A stretch of DNA of 64,000 nt from a bacterium (GTDB lineage: Bacteria > Fidelibacterota > Fidelibacteria > Fidelibacterales > Fidelibacteraceae): contig OY781066.1 of the NCBI GenBank assembly GCA_963676395.1, positions 832,001 through 896,000 of the forward strand. The letters run 5' to 3'. Under the pieces are notes generated by a model, which had not been told where the DNA came from, did not search any database, and saw only the letters and a list, made by a program, of their open reading frames with translations. A program made the position numbers and the translations under genes. Positions 30,083 through 41,142 of this stretch are shown piece after piece; position 1 is the first letter of the stretch, and every line of letters begins with the position of its first letter.

Positions 30083-31774
30083 TTACGATTTATGTATATC
30101 CTTAACGACCAATTGAATATTTCTTATTCCATTCCAATCATTGATAGTTGGCACAAAAGCGATATCTACATGTTGATTGGAATCCATGACCAATTCAAAT
30201 TTATCTAACATATTCCAGGCAATACAATTAATGGTTGTCCCATTTTCTTTTATCGCAAACTTCAAATGCCTATCTTTCAAAATAGTACTATGGTGGACTT
30301 GCACATTTTTAACAGAGAATTTAGGTCGCATATTCGCAGGGCCAAAAGGCTCCATATCCTGGAGGAAATCCATCAAATTCATATTGATCTCCGAGATCTC
30401 CAAATTGGCTTCAATCTTTAATATTGGCTCCAACATGTCCTGTTCAATATGATCTTCGGCATAGGCGAGAAACTTTTTTTCAAATGACGAAATATTATCT
30501 TCTAAGATAGTTAAGCCCGCAGCCATTTCATGACCGCCATAACCAAGAAGATCTTCGGAACAGGCAGCCAGCGCTTCGTGCAGATCAAATTTCTCAATAG
30601 AACGTCCAGAGCCTTTTCCTTCACCATCTTTCAATGCGATCAAGAACACAGGACGATTCACTTTATCTTTGACTTTTGATGAAACGATTCCTATCACACC
30701 CGGATGCCACGGCCCGGAAAGAACCAACGCTTTAGGAAGGGCCTCTCCATATTTCTCATTTACCTGTAGAAGGGCTTCTTCGGTAACACGACGCTCAACT
30801 ATCTGTCTCTCTTCGTTTTCTTTATTCAAGATCTGGGAATATTCCATGGCAATTCCCCGATCATCGGTTGTTAGAAGTGTAATTGCACGTGCAGCTGATC
30901 CCATACGACCTACAGCATTTAAACGAGGTGCAATACCAAATACAATATTGATCACACTTATCTTATTTGTTTCCATATTGCAGGCATTAAATAAGGCAAG
31001 AATGCCCAAACGACACTGACCCCGGCGAATACGGTTTAAACCTTCTCGAACAAAAGAGCGGTTTTCATCGATAAGCGGGACAATATCAGCGGCCGTTCCA
31101 ATAGCTACAAGATCAAGATATTCTTGAGCATGTTCATTATTATCATAAAGAACTTTACACAAGGCTTCGACTAATTTATAAACCACACCCGCTCCGCAAA
31201 GATAACGAAATGGATAGGTTTCATCTTTGCGTTTAGGATTTAAGATCGCCAATGCCTTGGGTAATGCATCATCTTGTTCATGATGATCCGTAATGATCAT
31301 ATCTATGCCCAGCGATTTTGCATAATCAACTTGTGAATGAGCTGTGATACCACAATCGGTTGTTATGATCAATTCAACATCCAATTCGCTGGCACGATCA
31401 ATCCCGTCCTCCGAAACCCCGTAACCTTCTTTTTCGCGCTCGGGAATATAATAATAAATATTTTCATTAAGTTTTCTTAAAAAGAGATATAGGATTGATG
31501 CCGAGGTTACACCATCAACATCGTAATCTCCATATACCATGATCTTTTTCTTTTCTTGACAGGCAGAAACCACAATATCAACGGCTGTTTGCATATCTTT
31601 CATTAAAAAAGGATCATAAAGCGAAACCTTTTCTTTATCAAAGTAAAGATCCAATGCATTTTTAGAACGCAAATCCCGATTAATTAATATGGATGTAAAC
31701 AAATAGGATAAGCCAAATGGCTTACTGAAATCGAGAACATCGTCCCCTGAGATGTTGGGATAAACCCATTTCAT
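30083..31774 (-). CDS. recJ: ssDNA-specific exonuclease RecJ
   Basis: YGDYDVDG, DCGI, TDHH, PRLNAVGR, GSGRS, GGH..AAG. Confidence 0.96.
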   Translation of the reverse strand: MKWVYPNISGDDVLDFSKPFGLSYLFTSILINRDLRSKNALDLYFDKEKVSLYDPFLMKDMQTAVDIVVSACQEKKKIMVYGDYDVDGVTSASILYLFLRKLNENIYYYIPEREKEGYGVSEDGIDRASELDVELIITTDCGITAHSQVDYAKSLGIDMIITDHHEQDDALPKALAILNPKRKDETYPFRYLCGAGVVYKLVEALCKVLYDNNEHAQEYLDLVAIGTAADIVPLIDENRSFVREGLNRIRRGQCRLGILALFNACNMETNKISVINIVFGIAPRLNAVGRMGSAARAITLLTTDDRGIAMEYSQILNKENEERQIVERRVTEEALLQVNEKYGEALPKALVLSGPWHPGVIGIVSSKVKDKVNRPVFLIALKDGEGKGSGRSIEKFDLHEALAACSEDLLGYGGHEMAAGLTILEDNISSFEKKFLAYAEDHIEQDMLEPILKIEANLEISEINMNLMDFLQDMEPFGPANMRPKFSVKNVQVHHSTILKDRHLKFAIKENGTTINCIAWNMLDKFELVMDSNQHVDIAFVPTINDWNGIRNIQLVVKDIHKS

Positions 31775-31806
31775 AGTGTTCTCTCCAGCTGATTATTAAA
31801 AAGCTC

Positions 31807-32165
31807 AAAGCCGGTCGTAAGCCGAATTCTGTTATCCCGACATTCATCAGGACGATGACCATTTATCTGGTCGCCCCGTTACCGGGACGATCTTGCCACC
31901 ACCATGAAAGCATGACTCGAGCAAAGTGTTACTTTCATATTTGTGTTGCTCCGGATGGGGCTTGCCTAGCTTTCGATGTTACCACCGAAACTGGTGAGCT
32001 CTTACCTCACCGTTTCACCATTACCTTTCACCAAAGCGAAAGGCAGACTGCTCTCTGTTGCGCTTTCCAACCCTCACGGGTTCCTTGTGTTACAAGGCAT
32101 CCTGCTCTGCGGAGTTCGGACTTTCCTCACCCCAAATTATGGGGAGCGGTCACCTCTCCGGCTTT
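31807..32165 (-). ncRNA. rnpB: RNase P RNA (class A)
   Basis: Minus strand has GAGGAAAGTCCGAACT, GGTGAAACGGTGAGGTAAGAG and AACAGAATTCGGCTTA; P1 AAAGCCGG/CCGGCTTT. Confidence 0.95.
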
Positions 32166-32168
32166 AAG

Positions 32169-32888
32169 CTATTCTTCCTCTTCTTGTTCTGCGGCATAGA
32201 GGAAGCGGCCACAGAAATCACAGGTTACAACCTGATTTTTCTTATATATGTCAACCCGCTTCTGGGGTATTACTCGATTATGACAACCACTGCAAGCATC
32301 GCGGACCAGCGGAACAACAGCTAAACCTTTTCTTGCTTTACGAACGCGATTATAGACTGAATAATAGTTGCGAGGAACAGCTTTAACCAATTCTTCTCTT
32401 TTGCTTTCCAGCTGAGATTTCTCTTCTTCAGTTTCTTTTTGTGTCGCTGCCAAAGAACTTTTAGCTTCAAGAAGATTCTTTTCCATTTCATCAACGGTAG
32501 AACCGGATTCATCATGAGCTTTGCTTAAACGTTCGGTTTCGGTCTCCGCCTGTAGAATTTGATCTTCGGCTTCTTTTATAGCTGATTTATTAAAATCGAT
32601 CTCTGCAGTCAATGCATCATATTCGCGATTTGTAGTAACCAAATATAATTGTTCTTCATATTTTTTTATCTTTAGCTGTAGATCTTCGATCTTTGCCTGG
32701 TTACTGCGAATAGTTGTCGCATTCTCTTCAATACTGGTCGTGCGAATACCGTTCTGGTCTTTTTCATTTTCAATTTGAATTTCAAGTGTCTTTACGGTTT
32801 CGGGAAGATCGCCTAATTTCTCAATGAGTTCATCCAGACGAGAATCGAGTTCTTGTAGTTCCACCAGTTGTTGAAGCACTTTTTGCAT
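32169..32888 (-). CDS. Coiled-coil C4 zinc-ribbon protein (DUF164-like)
   Basis: LQELD, REYDAL..EI, CSGC...CDFCGRFL; usual location beside rnpB. Confidence 0.88.
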   Translation of the reverse strand: MQKVLQQLVELQELDSRLDELIEKLGDLPETVKTLEIQIENEKDQNGIRTTSIEENATTIRSNQAKIEDLQLKIKKYEEQLYLVTTNREYDALTAEIDFNKSAIKEAEDQILQAETETERLSKAHDESGSTVDEMEKNLLEAKSSLAATQKETEEEKSQLESKREELVKAVPRNYYSVYNRVRKARKGLAVVPLVRDACSGCHNRVIPQKRVDIYKKNQVVTCDFCGRFLYAAEQEEEE

Positions 32889-33195
32889 ATTACCTTTCCT
32901 CCAAAAATATTATATAAAAAAAACGCACACTTGTTTATGCGCGTTATTTCTTTGCTACCCCGTGGTCAGCCATGTATTTCATGTCTTCCAATTTCTAAAA
33001 AGACCTCATTTTAAAATGAACAATGCAACCTTGTAATATCGTGCTTTTCGTTTTGGATGTCAAATGATAATTTGTTTTTTTAAAATTGAAGTCTTAAACA
33101 AACATCCAAAATTCTTATTGATAATTTATCACTCATTCGTCAACTGACAGCTCTCCCAGCTCCCCTTATTTACCCCACATAATAATTTCTATAAA

Positions 33196-33225
33196 AGGAA
33201 AGGGCGAACATACTAAGTTCGCCCC
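33196..33225 (-). terminator. Terminator after nrdJ operon
   Basis: gggcgaac-atactaa-gttcgccc hairpin. Confidence 0.65.
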
Positions 33226-33254
33226 TATAATTCAGTTTATCTTAATACCTCTTT

Positions 33255-33887
33255 TTACTTATCACACTTGGTATATCCACACTGCACGCAAAATTCACAT
33301 CCATTCTCGAATTTCAACGAGCGGTTATTACACTCAGGACAAATTTTAAAAGTATTGTTATTTGTTGGATCGTTCTCATCATCCGTAATGGTATGCACAG
33401 ATGAAATATCCGTTTTGATCGGTAGCGCTATCTGTTCACCTTGTTCCGGTGTTGCCAGCATGCCTTCATCACGAAAAAAACGTTCGATCACATCGGCGAC
33501 TTCAGAATAAAAAGAATGAATATACTTCCCTTCCTTAAAATAACCGCCATTAGGATCATAGATCGAGCGAAGTTCTTCTAAAATAAATTGAGCGTCACCG
33601 GCACGACGGAAGATCGCTGAGATTAAACGGGTCAGTACTGCGTACTGCGCCGAGTGAGTCAAGTCCTTGGAATTAATAAAGATCTCAATCGGACGCTTGC
33701 GGCCATATTCCATGATGTAACCCAATGTCACGTAAACATTGAATTTCACAAAAGGACTTTTAATTTTATATACCCTGGCATCAACAACATCCGGACGTTT
33801 AAGCGTTAGGGATTGGGGACGCTTTTCAGCTTCTGTTTTTTCGGGTTTCTTTTCACGAATACGATACGATTTACTGTATGTCAACAT
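33255..33887 (-). CDS. Class II ribonucleotide reductase C-terminal subunit (TSCPD-like plus zinc ribbon, NrdJb-like)
   Basis: RPIEIFINSK, LTRLISAIFR, CPEC...GCEFCVQCGYTKC; TAATG overlap with nrdJ. Confidence 0.8.
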   Translation of the reverse strand: MLTYSKSYRIREKKPEKTEAEKRPQSLTLKRPDVVDARVYKIKSPFVKFNVYVTLGYIMEYGRKRPIEIFINSKDLTHSAQYAVLTRLISAIFRRAGDAQFILEELRSIYDPNGGYFKEGKYIHSFYSEVADVIERFFRDEGMLATPEQGEQIALPIKTDISSVHTITDDENDPTNNNTFKICPECNNRSLKFENGCEFCVQCGYTKCDK

Positions 33888-36391
33888 TATACCACCTCTA
33901 TCTCATTTGGGTCTTTTACACCCATTGTCTTTCTAAAATAATGAAAGGGTGTAGATAATGTCCCATCTTCAAGCACCATAATTTCATCACCGGTAAATTC
34001 AACCACTTCATCTTGTGAGATTTGCATTTCAAATTTCTTGTCTTTAAAATCCTGAAATTCTGTTTTTTCACCTTCAACACTCAAGATCGGGAAACGAGAA
34101 CCATCACGATAGATGGTAATTCCTTTTAAACCCTTTGACCATGCATTCAAATAAATACTTGAAATAACCTCGGGCTCAATATCTTCGGGTAGGTTAATTG
34201 TTGATGAAATTGAATGATCAATATATTTCTGACATACAGATTGAATTTCAATTCTACGTTCATGAGAAATAGAATGTGCGGTTCTAAAGAAATACTCAGG
34301 CAGCACATCTTCGAGATCAAATTCTTTCTTAACATCCTTGATTTTATCATTCAGATTATTCAAGTCAAGATATGCCTGTAAAGTTGAATGGAAAACCTGG
34401 AAGAATTGATTGTCAAATGATTCCGCCCTGCGTGTATAGAAAAGAGCGAAAAGAGGTTCAATACCGCCACTAACACCGATATAATTACGCTTACCGATCT
34501 CAAATGATTTAATAATATTCGAGATAGAACCGGTAGGTGCAATAGATGTGATGGCAATATTTCTTAAACCGAATTGAGAAATATGATCTTTAACTTCGGG
34601 ACTCAATGACTCTTCAAAGAAAGGACAATCGGCATATTTTTCATATTCAAAGATTGCTGACTGACCTTTTTCTTTTGCCAATTCAGATGAAGTTTGATAA
34701 GCTGTATTATTAATAAAGCTCATTACCTCTTCCATGGTTTCCACACCCATTTCCGAATCATAATCTATTCCTAATTGGAAAAACATATCCGCTATTCCCA
34801 TAACACCCAAACCTAATCGGCGGGTCTCACTCGCGGCATCGCGTTGTTTTTCCAGAGGGTTCAATGTTTCATTCCATGTAACCACATTATCCAAAAAGCG
34901 AACACATGACCCGGTTGAGATACGCAGTTGCTCCCAATCGATCTTTGCTCTATCACTGAAAGCGTCTTGCACGTAACGACTTAAGTTAATCGAGCCAAGA
35001 TTACAAGCGCCACCATCTTCCAAAGGAACTTCCGCACAAGGGTTTGTGGAAATAATAGGACGGCCGACATAATTGGAGGGTGAATATTTACTCATCTGAG
35101 TCCAAAAAATCAAGCCCGGCTCAGCCGAACGATAGTTAGATTCAACAAACAGATTCCAGATATCCCGTGCCTTCACGAGATTGCGTATTTCGCCCGAAGG
35201 GCCGGAAGCAAAATAAAGCAGGAAATCACCGGAATACTTAATTGCAAGTTCCCAATCATCTTTCCCGACTTCCATAAGATAATCACCGTAAACATCACGT
35301 TTTTGAGGATCATTAAGATCTCCGACTGCAAGTTTCTTACCAAAATGATCATCTAACCAAATATTCAATTTCTTGCTATCGCTAAAGGATTCCATAAACT
35401 CATATTCTTCAATATTCTTACTGGGAATACCCAATGAGTAGTATGTGTTGTCATCTTGTATGGCTTCGGTTAAACGACGTTTATGACGTTTACGATATAC
35501 TAAAATTTTATCAGCACTGAACTTGGCCTGCTCTTCAACGGCTTGCATAAATTCATCTGAAGTTTTAATTGAAATATTTGCAAAACGGATCTGGGTATTT
35601 TCTATAACCTGTTTTTTAATCTCAGACAATTGATCATCGGAATATTTCCCGCTCCAACGAAGCTGTTCAACAATCTGATTGGTTACCCAGTTAGGCGATT
35701 TTTTTACTTTAATAAAATGCATGATATCCGGATGCTTAATATCAATGGTGAGCATCAAGGCACCGCGACGACCGGACTGTCCAATCAAGCCGGTTGTCAT
35801 AGAGAACAAATCCATGAAAGAAACAGCTCCCGTAGAAGAGTCCGCTGCATTATGAACAATAGAATCACGAGGACGCAAGGGTGTGATATCAACACCAATA
35901 CCACCACCATAAGAATATGTTCGCGCACATTCCGCTGCAGTTTTATAAATGGCCTCAATATTATCGGATTCAATACCGGTTACAAAACAGTTCGCCAAAG
36001 TTTTTAAACGATAGAGGTCTCCTGCGCCGGCAAGAACACGACCACCCGCGATCCAGTGCCCTTTAAACAGATCACGATAAAAATGCTCCGCCCATTGCAT
36101 CTGCTTAATCTTTGATGTTTCTTGCGCAGCAATAAACGCAGCTATTCTCATAAAAACATCTTCAGGACGGTGTTCGATAGGCTTACCTGTAATATCCTTT
36201 AAAAAGTATTTCTTCTCATAAATACTTTTTGCCAGCTCATTGTCTCCCAGATAGCTTTCGTGCTCGGGTAAATTCCCGGCTTCAACCTCCGCCTTGAGAT
36301 GCTGATATAAGTTCTGGTAAGAGCGGATTTTTTCTTCCCCGACCATTTTGGTAAACTTACCGCGATACTTAAACATGTTATTAAATGACAT
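33887..36391 (-). CDS. nrdJ: Adenosylcobalamin-dependent ribonucleotide reductase
   Basis: GGR, ANCF, GGGIG, GRRGALM, NPCAE, CNLGSINL, APTGSIS, YRDGSR; start at 36391 fits upstream NrdR boxes. Confidence 0.92.
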   Translation of the reverse strand: MSFNNMFKYRGKFTKMVGEEKIRSYQNLYQHLKAEVEAGNLPEHESYLGDNELAKSIYEKKYFLKDITGKPIEHRPEDVFMRIAAFIAAQETSKIKQMQWAEHFYRDLFKGHWIAGGRVLAGAGDLYRLKTLANCFVTGIESDNIEAIYKTAAECARTYSYGGGIGVDITPLRPRDSIVHNAADSSTGAVSFMDLFSMTTGLIGQSGRRGALMLTIDIKHPDIMHFIKVKKSPNWVTNQIVEQLRWSGKYSDDQLSEIKKQVIENTQIRFANISIKTSDEFMQAVEEQAKFSADKILVYRKRHKRRLTEAIQDDNTYYSLGIPSKNIEEYEFMESFSDSKKLNIWLDDHFGKKLAVGDLNDPQKRDVYGDYLMEVGKDDWELAIKYSGDFLLYFASGPSGEIRNLVKARDIWNLFVESNYRSAEPGLIFWTQMSKYSPSNYVGRPIISTNPCAEVPLEDGGACNLGSINLSRYVQDAFSDRAKIDWEQLRISTGSCVRFLDNVVTWNETLNPLEKQRDAASETRRLGLGVMGIADMFFQLGIDYDSEMGVETMEEVMSFINNTAYQTSSELAKEKGQSAIFEYEKYADCPFFEESLSPEVKDHISQFGLRNIAITSIAPTGSISNIIKSFEIGKRNYIGVSGGIEPLFALFYTRRAESFDNQFFQVFHSTLQAYLDLNNLNDKIKDVKKEFDLEDVLPEYFFRTAHSISHERRIEIQSVCQKYIDHSISSTINLPEDIEPEVISSIYLNAWSKGLKGITIYRDGSRFPILSVEGEKTEFQDFKDKKFEMQISQDEVVEFTGDEIMVLEDGTLSTPFHYFRKTMGVKDPNEIEVV

Positions 36392-36422
36392 CTCTACCCC
36401 AATTTGCTCAATTTTGTTCTTT

Positions 36423-36471
36423 ATACTATATTTTGTGTATCCTTCGTAAGACATAATACAACATGTTGTAC
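36423..36471. promoter_or_regulatory. Tandem NrdR boxes
   Basis: ataCTATATTTTGtgt (36423-36438) and ataCAACATGTTGtac (36456-36471) match acaCwAtATaTwGtgt; directly upstream of nrdJ. Confidence 0.8.
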
Positions 36472-36952
36472 GTAAAATCAAATTAATTTTTGCTCAATAA
36501 GGTCTGGAAATATTAAATACTCACATTTACAGTAGGTTAGACAACAAAAAAAATCCCAAACAAATCAAGGTGAATTTTTCCGTGTTTTTTCTTGCTTTTT
36601 AGCACAATTTTCTATCTCTCTGTTTTTCTCGAATTTATGGACCATAATGTTTTTTTATATATAATGATATTGAAAAGTGATTATAAAACAGAAAACAAAA
36701 TATTTAAAAAATAATTATTGATGAATAATTAAGAACAAGAGAATAAGGCAACTTGCAAAAATCATAGACAAATCGATAATTCACCGAAATCTTCTGGAAA
36801 AGCATCATAAACAACAACAGATCGGTTCAACGATTTAATAATTGTCTTTTTCAACTGAAAGGTATGAATATATATTAACTACAAAACTCTTTATTTTCAA
36901 TTAATACTCCACTCTCTATCCTCAACGCCCAACCATCTCTTTACGATTTCAC

Positions 36953-36981
36953 TTGACAAGATGAAACAACTTATTTACCTT
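36953..36981 (+). promoter_or_regulatory. Putative sigma70 promoter of rho
   Basis: TTGACA-17 nt-TACCTT about 50 nt before the GTG start. Confidence 0.5.
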
Positions 36982-37033
36982 ATGTTACAACGTCGGACTT
37001 TAATATCACAACTGTAATAATAGAGGTTTTTAG

Positions 37034-38332
37034 GTGAGCGAGAATAATACCGCTTTGATTGAGGAAGAGAAAATAGCGCATTATACTATTTCCGATCTAC
37101 ACGAATATAATTTAAAAGAACTCCAAAGTATTGCCCATGGTTTCGAGATACCGGGTGTACAAAATCTTAAGAAAAAAGAATTGGTCTTTAAGATCTTGGC
37201 CTCTCAGGCGGAAAGACAAGGCCATGTTTTTGAAGAAGGTATTATGGAAGTTCTTCCCGATGGATACGGATTTCTCCGTTCCGTTAGATTTTCATACTTA
37301 AGCTCTGATCTTGATGTTTATGTGGCACCAACACAGATTCGTCGTTTCGGACTTAAAACCGGTCATCTTGTTGCCGGCCAGCTTCGTCCACCAAAAGAAG
37401 GTGAAAAGTTCTTTGCACTTTTAAAAGTTGAAGCTATCAACAATCAAGATCCCGCAAAAGCCAAAAGCCTGGAAGCCTTTGAAAATTTAACACCTCTTTA
37501 TCCTGAAGAACGGCTTCACCTCGAACGTTACGACGAAAATGATCTTTCCACTCGTATCATGGATCTCTTGACCCCAATCGGCAAAGGACAGCGTGGACTT
37601 ATCACCGCCCAACCTAAAACCGGAAAGACAATTTTATTACAAAAAATCGCAAATTGCATACTTGCGAATCACCCTGAAGTTATTTTAATGGTATTACTTA
37701 TTGATGAACGCCCCGAAGAAGTTACCGACATGGAACGTCATGTAGGTGCTGAAGTTATAAGTTCTACCTTTGACGAACCACCCGAACGCCATGTACAGGT
37801 ATCCGAGATGGTTCTTGAAAAATCCAAGCGCCTCGTTGAGTATGGCCATGATGTTGTGATCCTTCTTGATAGTATCACTCGTCTTGGACGCGCACACAAC
37901 GCGGTGGTCCCCCACTCCGGCAAGATATTGTCCGGTGGTATCGACAGTAATGCTTTGCATAAGCCAAAGCGTTTCTTTGGGTCAGCCAGGAACATCGAGA
38001 ATGGCGGGAGTCTCACCATTATTGCTACAGCCCTTATAGATACGGGCTCGCGCATGGATGATGTGATTTTCGAAGAATTCAAAGGTACAGGTAACATGGA
38101 ACTCGTACTTGATCGCCGTTTGAGTGATCGACGGATATTCCCATCGATCGACATCAACCGTTCAAGCACACGTAAAGAAGAATTGCTGCTCAGCAAGAAT
38201 GAACTTGCCCGCGTATGGATCTTACGTAAGTTCCTGAATGAAATGAGCCCAATGGAGGCAATGGAGTTCATGATCGATCGTATGAATCATGCTAAGAGCA
38301 ACAAGGAATTCCTACGTACAATGAATTCGTAA
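37034..38332 (+). CDS. rho: Transcription termination factor Rho
   Basis: [42 protein letters not shown]. Confidence 0.98.
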   Translation: MSENNTALIEEEKIAHYTISDLHEYNLKELQSIAHGFEIPGVQNLKKKELVFKILASQAERQGHVFEEGIMEVLPDGYGFLRSVRFSYLSSDLDVYVAPTQIRRFGLKTGHLVAGQLRPPKEGEKFFALLKVEAINNQDPAKAKSLEAFENLTPLYPEERLHLERYDENDLSTRIMDLLTPIGKGQRGLITAQPKTGKTILLQKIANCILANHPEVILMVLLIDERPEEVTDMERHVGAEVISSTFDEPPERHVQVSEMVLEKSKRLVEYGHDVVILLDSITRLGRAHNAVVPHSGKILSGGIDSNALHKPKRFFGSARNIENGGSLTIIATALIDTGSRMDDVIFEEFKGTGNMELVLDRRLSDRRIFPSIDINRSSTRKEELLLSKNELARVWILRKFLNEMSPMEAMEFMIDRMNHAKSNKEFLRTMNS

Positions 38333-38548
38333 AATGTTGACAAATTACCATTTAACGGAAACAAGATAACTTGAGGGTGACTCCCGGCTTCGCCAAGACT
38401 ATATTGCGCAAGCTCGTCACCCATACTTTTTCGCAGTAGCGCAGAAATTCACTTTATCTTGTAAATCCTGTTATCTATCAGGTTAATCATCCTATTATCC
38501 TGTTTAAAACAGGTAATCCTGTCAACAAAATTCAAAAAGGGTGGTAAT

Positions 38549-40930
38549 ATGAAAATTCTACTTCGCGCTGTGCAGATACTTATTCTGCTGATCGTTATTG
38601 TTTTTCTATCTGGATTACTTTTTATCGATCATATCAATTCACGGGCTCTCCCCGATTACAACAAAGATTTGGATATTGACAATATCTCTTCCCCTGTCGA
38701 AGTGTTTAGAGACGAATACGGCATTCCTCATATTTTTGCCAAAAACGAAGAAGATCTCTATCGGGCGGTAGGTTATGTCATGGCTCAAGATCGCATGTGG
38801 CAAATGGATCTTATCCGTCGCGGTACCACCGGCCAACTGGCCGAAATCTTTGGCGATGACTTGATCGAAACCGACGCTCTCATGAGAGCCTTGCGCATTT
38901 CTGAAAAATCTCAAAAAATCCTCGACAATATGGATGCTGATATAAAATTGACTCTCCGGGCTTTTAGTGATGGAGTAAATCAATATATCCGGGATTACTC
39001 CCGCAAGCTTCCTCTCGAATTTACGATCCTAGGCTACAAACCTGAAACTTGGGAACCTTTACATTCCATCAATATGATTGGTTATATGTCATGGGATCTT
39101 ACCAGTGGTTATCGCTCAAAAATAGATCTTCATAAATTGGTCAAAGTCGCAGGCGAAGAAAAAATCCGCTATTTCCTACCTTCTGAGGGGACTCATTCAA
39201 CCCTCGTTTTTCCAGGATTAAAAGATACCTTAGTCAATTCAGATCTTTATACGGCTTTCGAAAAGCTAAGTGATATGGGATTATCCGGTGTATTTCACGG
39301 ATCTAATAACTGGGCAATCAATAAGCATAAAGTCAACAATGGACGAGCCATCATGTGTAACGACATGCACTTGGGTTTATGGGCACCCGGCATCTGGTAC
39401 CAAATGCACTGTTGCGTTCCGGGAAAATTAGATGTTACGGGAGTTGCCGTACCCGGACAGCCATATATTATTGCAGGACATAACGATAAAATAGCTTGGG
39501 GTATGACCAATGTTGGTTCTGATGACACGGATTTCTACATCGAAAAGCTTAACGAAGATTCTACGCAATATCTCCTGAACGGAGAATGGAAAGACCTGCG
39601 TATTGACAATGAGATCATTAAAAGTAAAACCGGACTCGAAGTTGAGCGCACATTACGCTATACACATCGCGGTCCGATAATTTCTTCCTTCAAGAACATG
39701 AATGAAGCCGCCATATCCATGCGTTGGATTGGCAATGAAGCCAGCAATGAGCTCCTGGGTGTGTATATGCTAAACCGTGCAGACAACTGGGAAGAATTTC
39801 GTACTGCCTGTTCAAATTTCAAATCGGTATCACAGAATATCATTTATGCAGATATCGAAGGTAATATCGGCCTGCAAAACTCTGCCGGTGTTCCATTGAA
39901 AAAGGATCACTTCTATTCCATCTATCCGGGTGACACAGATGAATATGACTGGGAAGGATTGATGGATTTTGAACTACTACCAAACTCTTACAATCCCGAA
40001 AACGGTTTTGTATCGTCAGCCAACAACCGTATTTCAGGAAAATATTATCCTTTCTTTATTTCCCATTGGCCGGATATCCCTTATCGCATCAATCGAATAC
40101 GTCAGCTATTGAATGCAAAAGACAACATGGGTATTGCCGACATGAAAGCCATTCATAACGATCAATATTCCCTTTTGTACGAGGATGTAAAGCCGGCAAT
40201 CGTTCATATTCTTGACACTGAGAAACTCAGCGACCAGGAGGCCAAGGCTTACAGTATTTTTAAAACATTTGATGGTGTATTGGATCGTAATGCGGCAGCT
40301 CCTTGTATTCTTGAAACCTTTTACATAAAATATTTGGAATATTGCCTAAGCGATGAATTAGATTCTCTGCACTATGATATGGCTATGCGTTCCTCATCCT
40401 TTGCCCGCAACTTTGTTGCAAATTCATGGATGCGTGATAAATGCCCTTGGATAGATGACGTTCGAACCGACAAAGTAGAAGATTTTTCCGATATAGTCCT
40501 TCTATCATTTAAGGCCAGTGTACGAGAGCTAAGCGAAAAGCTTGGTGAAAATCCGGAAAAATGGCAATGGGGTGATATTCACCAGCTCACGCTCGAACAT
40601 CCCATTGGCGGTGTAAAAATTCTTGAAAAAGTCTTCAACTTAAATCGTGGACCCTATCGAGTAGATGGCGATCCACTGACCGTTGGCCCCTATGCCTACC
40701 GCTACTACAATCCTTTTAAAGTTGTTCATGGAGCTTCCGAACGTCACATTTACACCACAGACGATTGGGATCGATCCCAAACCGTGATCCCCACCGGCAC
40801 ATCGGGAATCCCAAAAAGCAAACATTATTGTGACCAAAGCGAGATGTATATCAACGGAAAATACCACGACGATCACTTTGGCAAACATTTAATCAGGGCC
40901 AATGCAGTATATAAGATGACAATCAAATAA
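38549..40930 (+). CDS. Penicillin acylase family Ntn-hydrolase
   Basis: RDEYGIPHI, AQDRMWQMD, GSNNW (catalytic Ser), NDMHL, SANN. Confidence 0.92.
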   Translation: MKILLRAVQILILLIVIVFLSGLLFIDHINSRALPDYNKDLDIDNISSPVEVFRDEYGIPHIFAKNEEDLYRAVGYVMAQDRMWQMDLIRRGTTGQLAEIFGDDLIETDALMRALRISEKSQKILDNMDADIKLTLRAFSDGVNQYIRDYSRKLPLEFTILGYKPETWEPLHSINMIGYMSWDLTSGYRSKIDLHKLVKVAGEEKIRYFLPSEGTHSTLVFPGLKDTLVNSDLYTAFEKLSDMGLSGVFHGSNNWAINKHKVNNGRAIMCNDMHLGLWAPGIWYQMHCCVPGKLDVTGVAVPGQPYIIAGHNDKIAWGMTNVGSDDTDFYIEKLNEDSTQYLLNGEWKDLRIDNEIIKSKTGLEVERTLRYTHRGPIISSFKNMNEAAISMRWIGNEASNELLGVYMLNRADNWEEFRTACSNFKSVSQNIIYADIEGNIGLQNSAGVPLKKDHFYSIYPGDTDEYDWEGLMDFELLPNSYNPENGFVSSANNRISGKYYPFFISHWPDIPYRINRIRQLLNAKDNMGIADMKAIHNDQYSLLYEDVKPAIVHILDTEKLSDQEAKAYSIFKTFDGVLDRNAAAPCILETFYIKYLEYCLSDELDSLHYDMAMRSSSFARNFVANSWMRDKCPWIDDVRTDKVEDFSDIVLLSFKASVRELSEKLGENPEKWQWGDIHQLTLEHPIGGVKILEKVFNLNRGPYRVDGDPLTVGPYAYRYYNPFKVVHGASERHIYTTDDWDRSQTVIPTGTSGIPKSKHYCDQSEMYINGKYHDDHFGKHLIRANAVYKMTIK

Positions 40931-40954
40931 AACAATTACAAATTTCACTAAAAC

Positions 40955-40980
40955 AGCCTCGACAAATCGGGGCTTTTTTA
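40955..40980 (+). terminator. Intrinsic terminator
   Basis: agcctcga-caaa-tcggggct followed by T-run. Confidence 0.7.
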
Positions 40981-41142
40981 TTAGAATCCAGAATAGAAGG
41001 ATGTAAAAACGTCACTAAAATTGCTCGCACATCCGAAATTAAAATAATTACCCCCCTTTTGCTTTTGATTATTTAAAAGTTATCATTATTATAAAAGACC
41101 TTGTTATTCTAGAGGTTAACACATAAGAAATTCCAGGCATTT

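Noticed and set aside
31855..32324. Short + strand ORFs
   Set aside because: Antisense to rnpB and the zinc-ribbon gene
35230..35700. Intein in NrdJ
   Set aside because: No splice-junction residues or endonuclease motifs, and the insertions are not next to the NPCxE site
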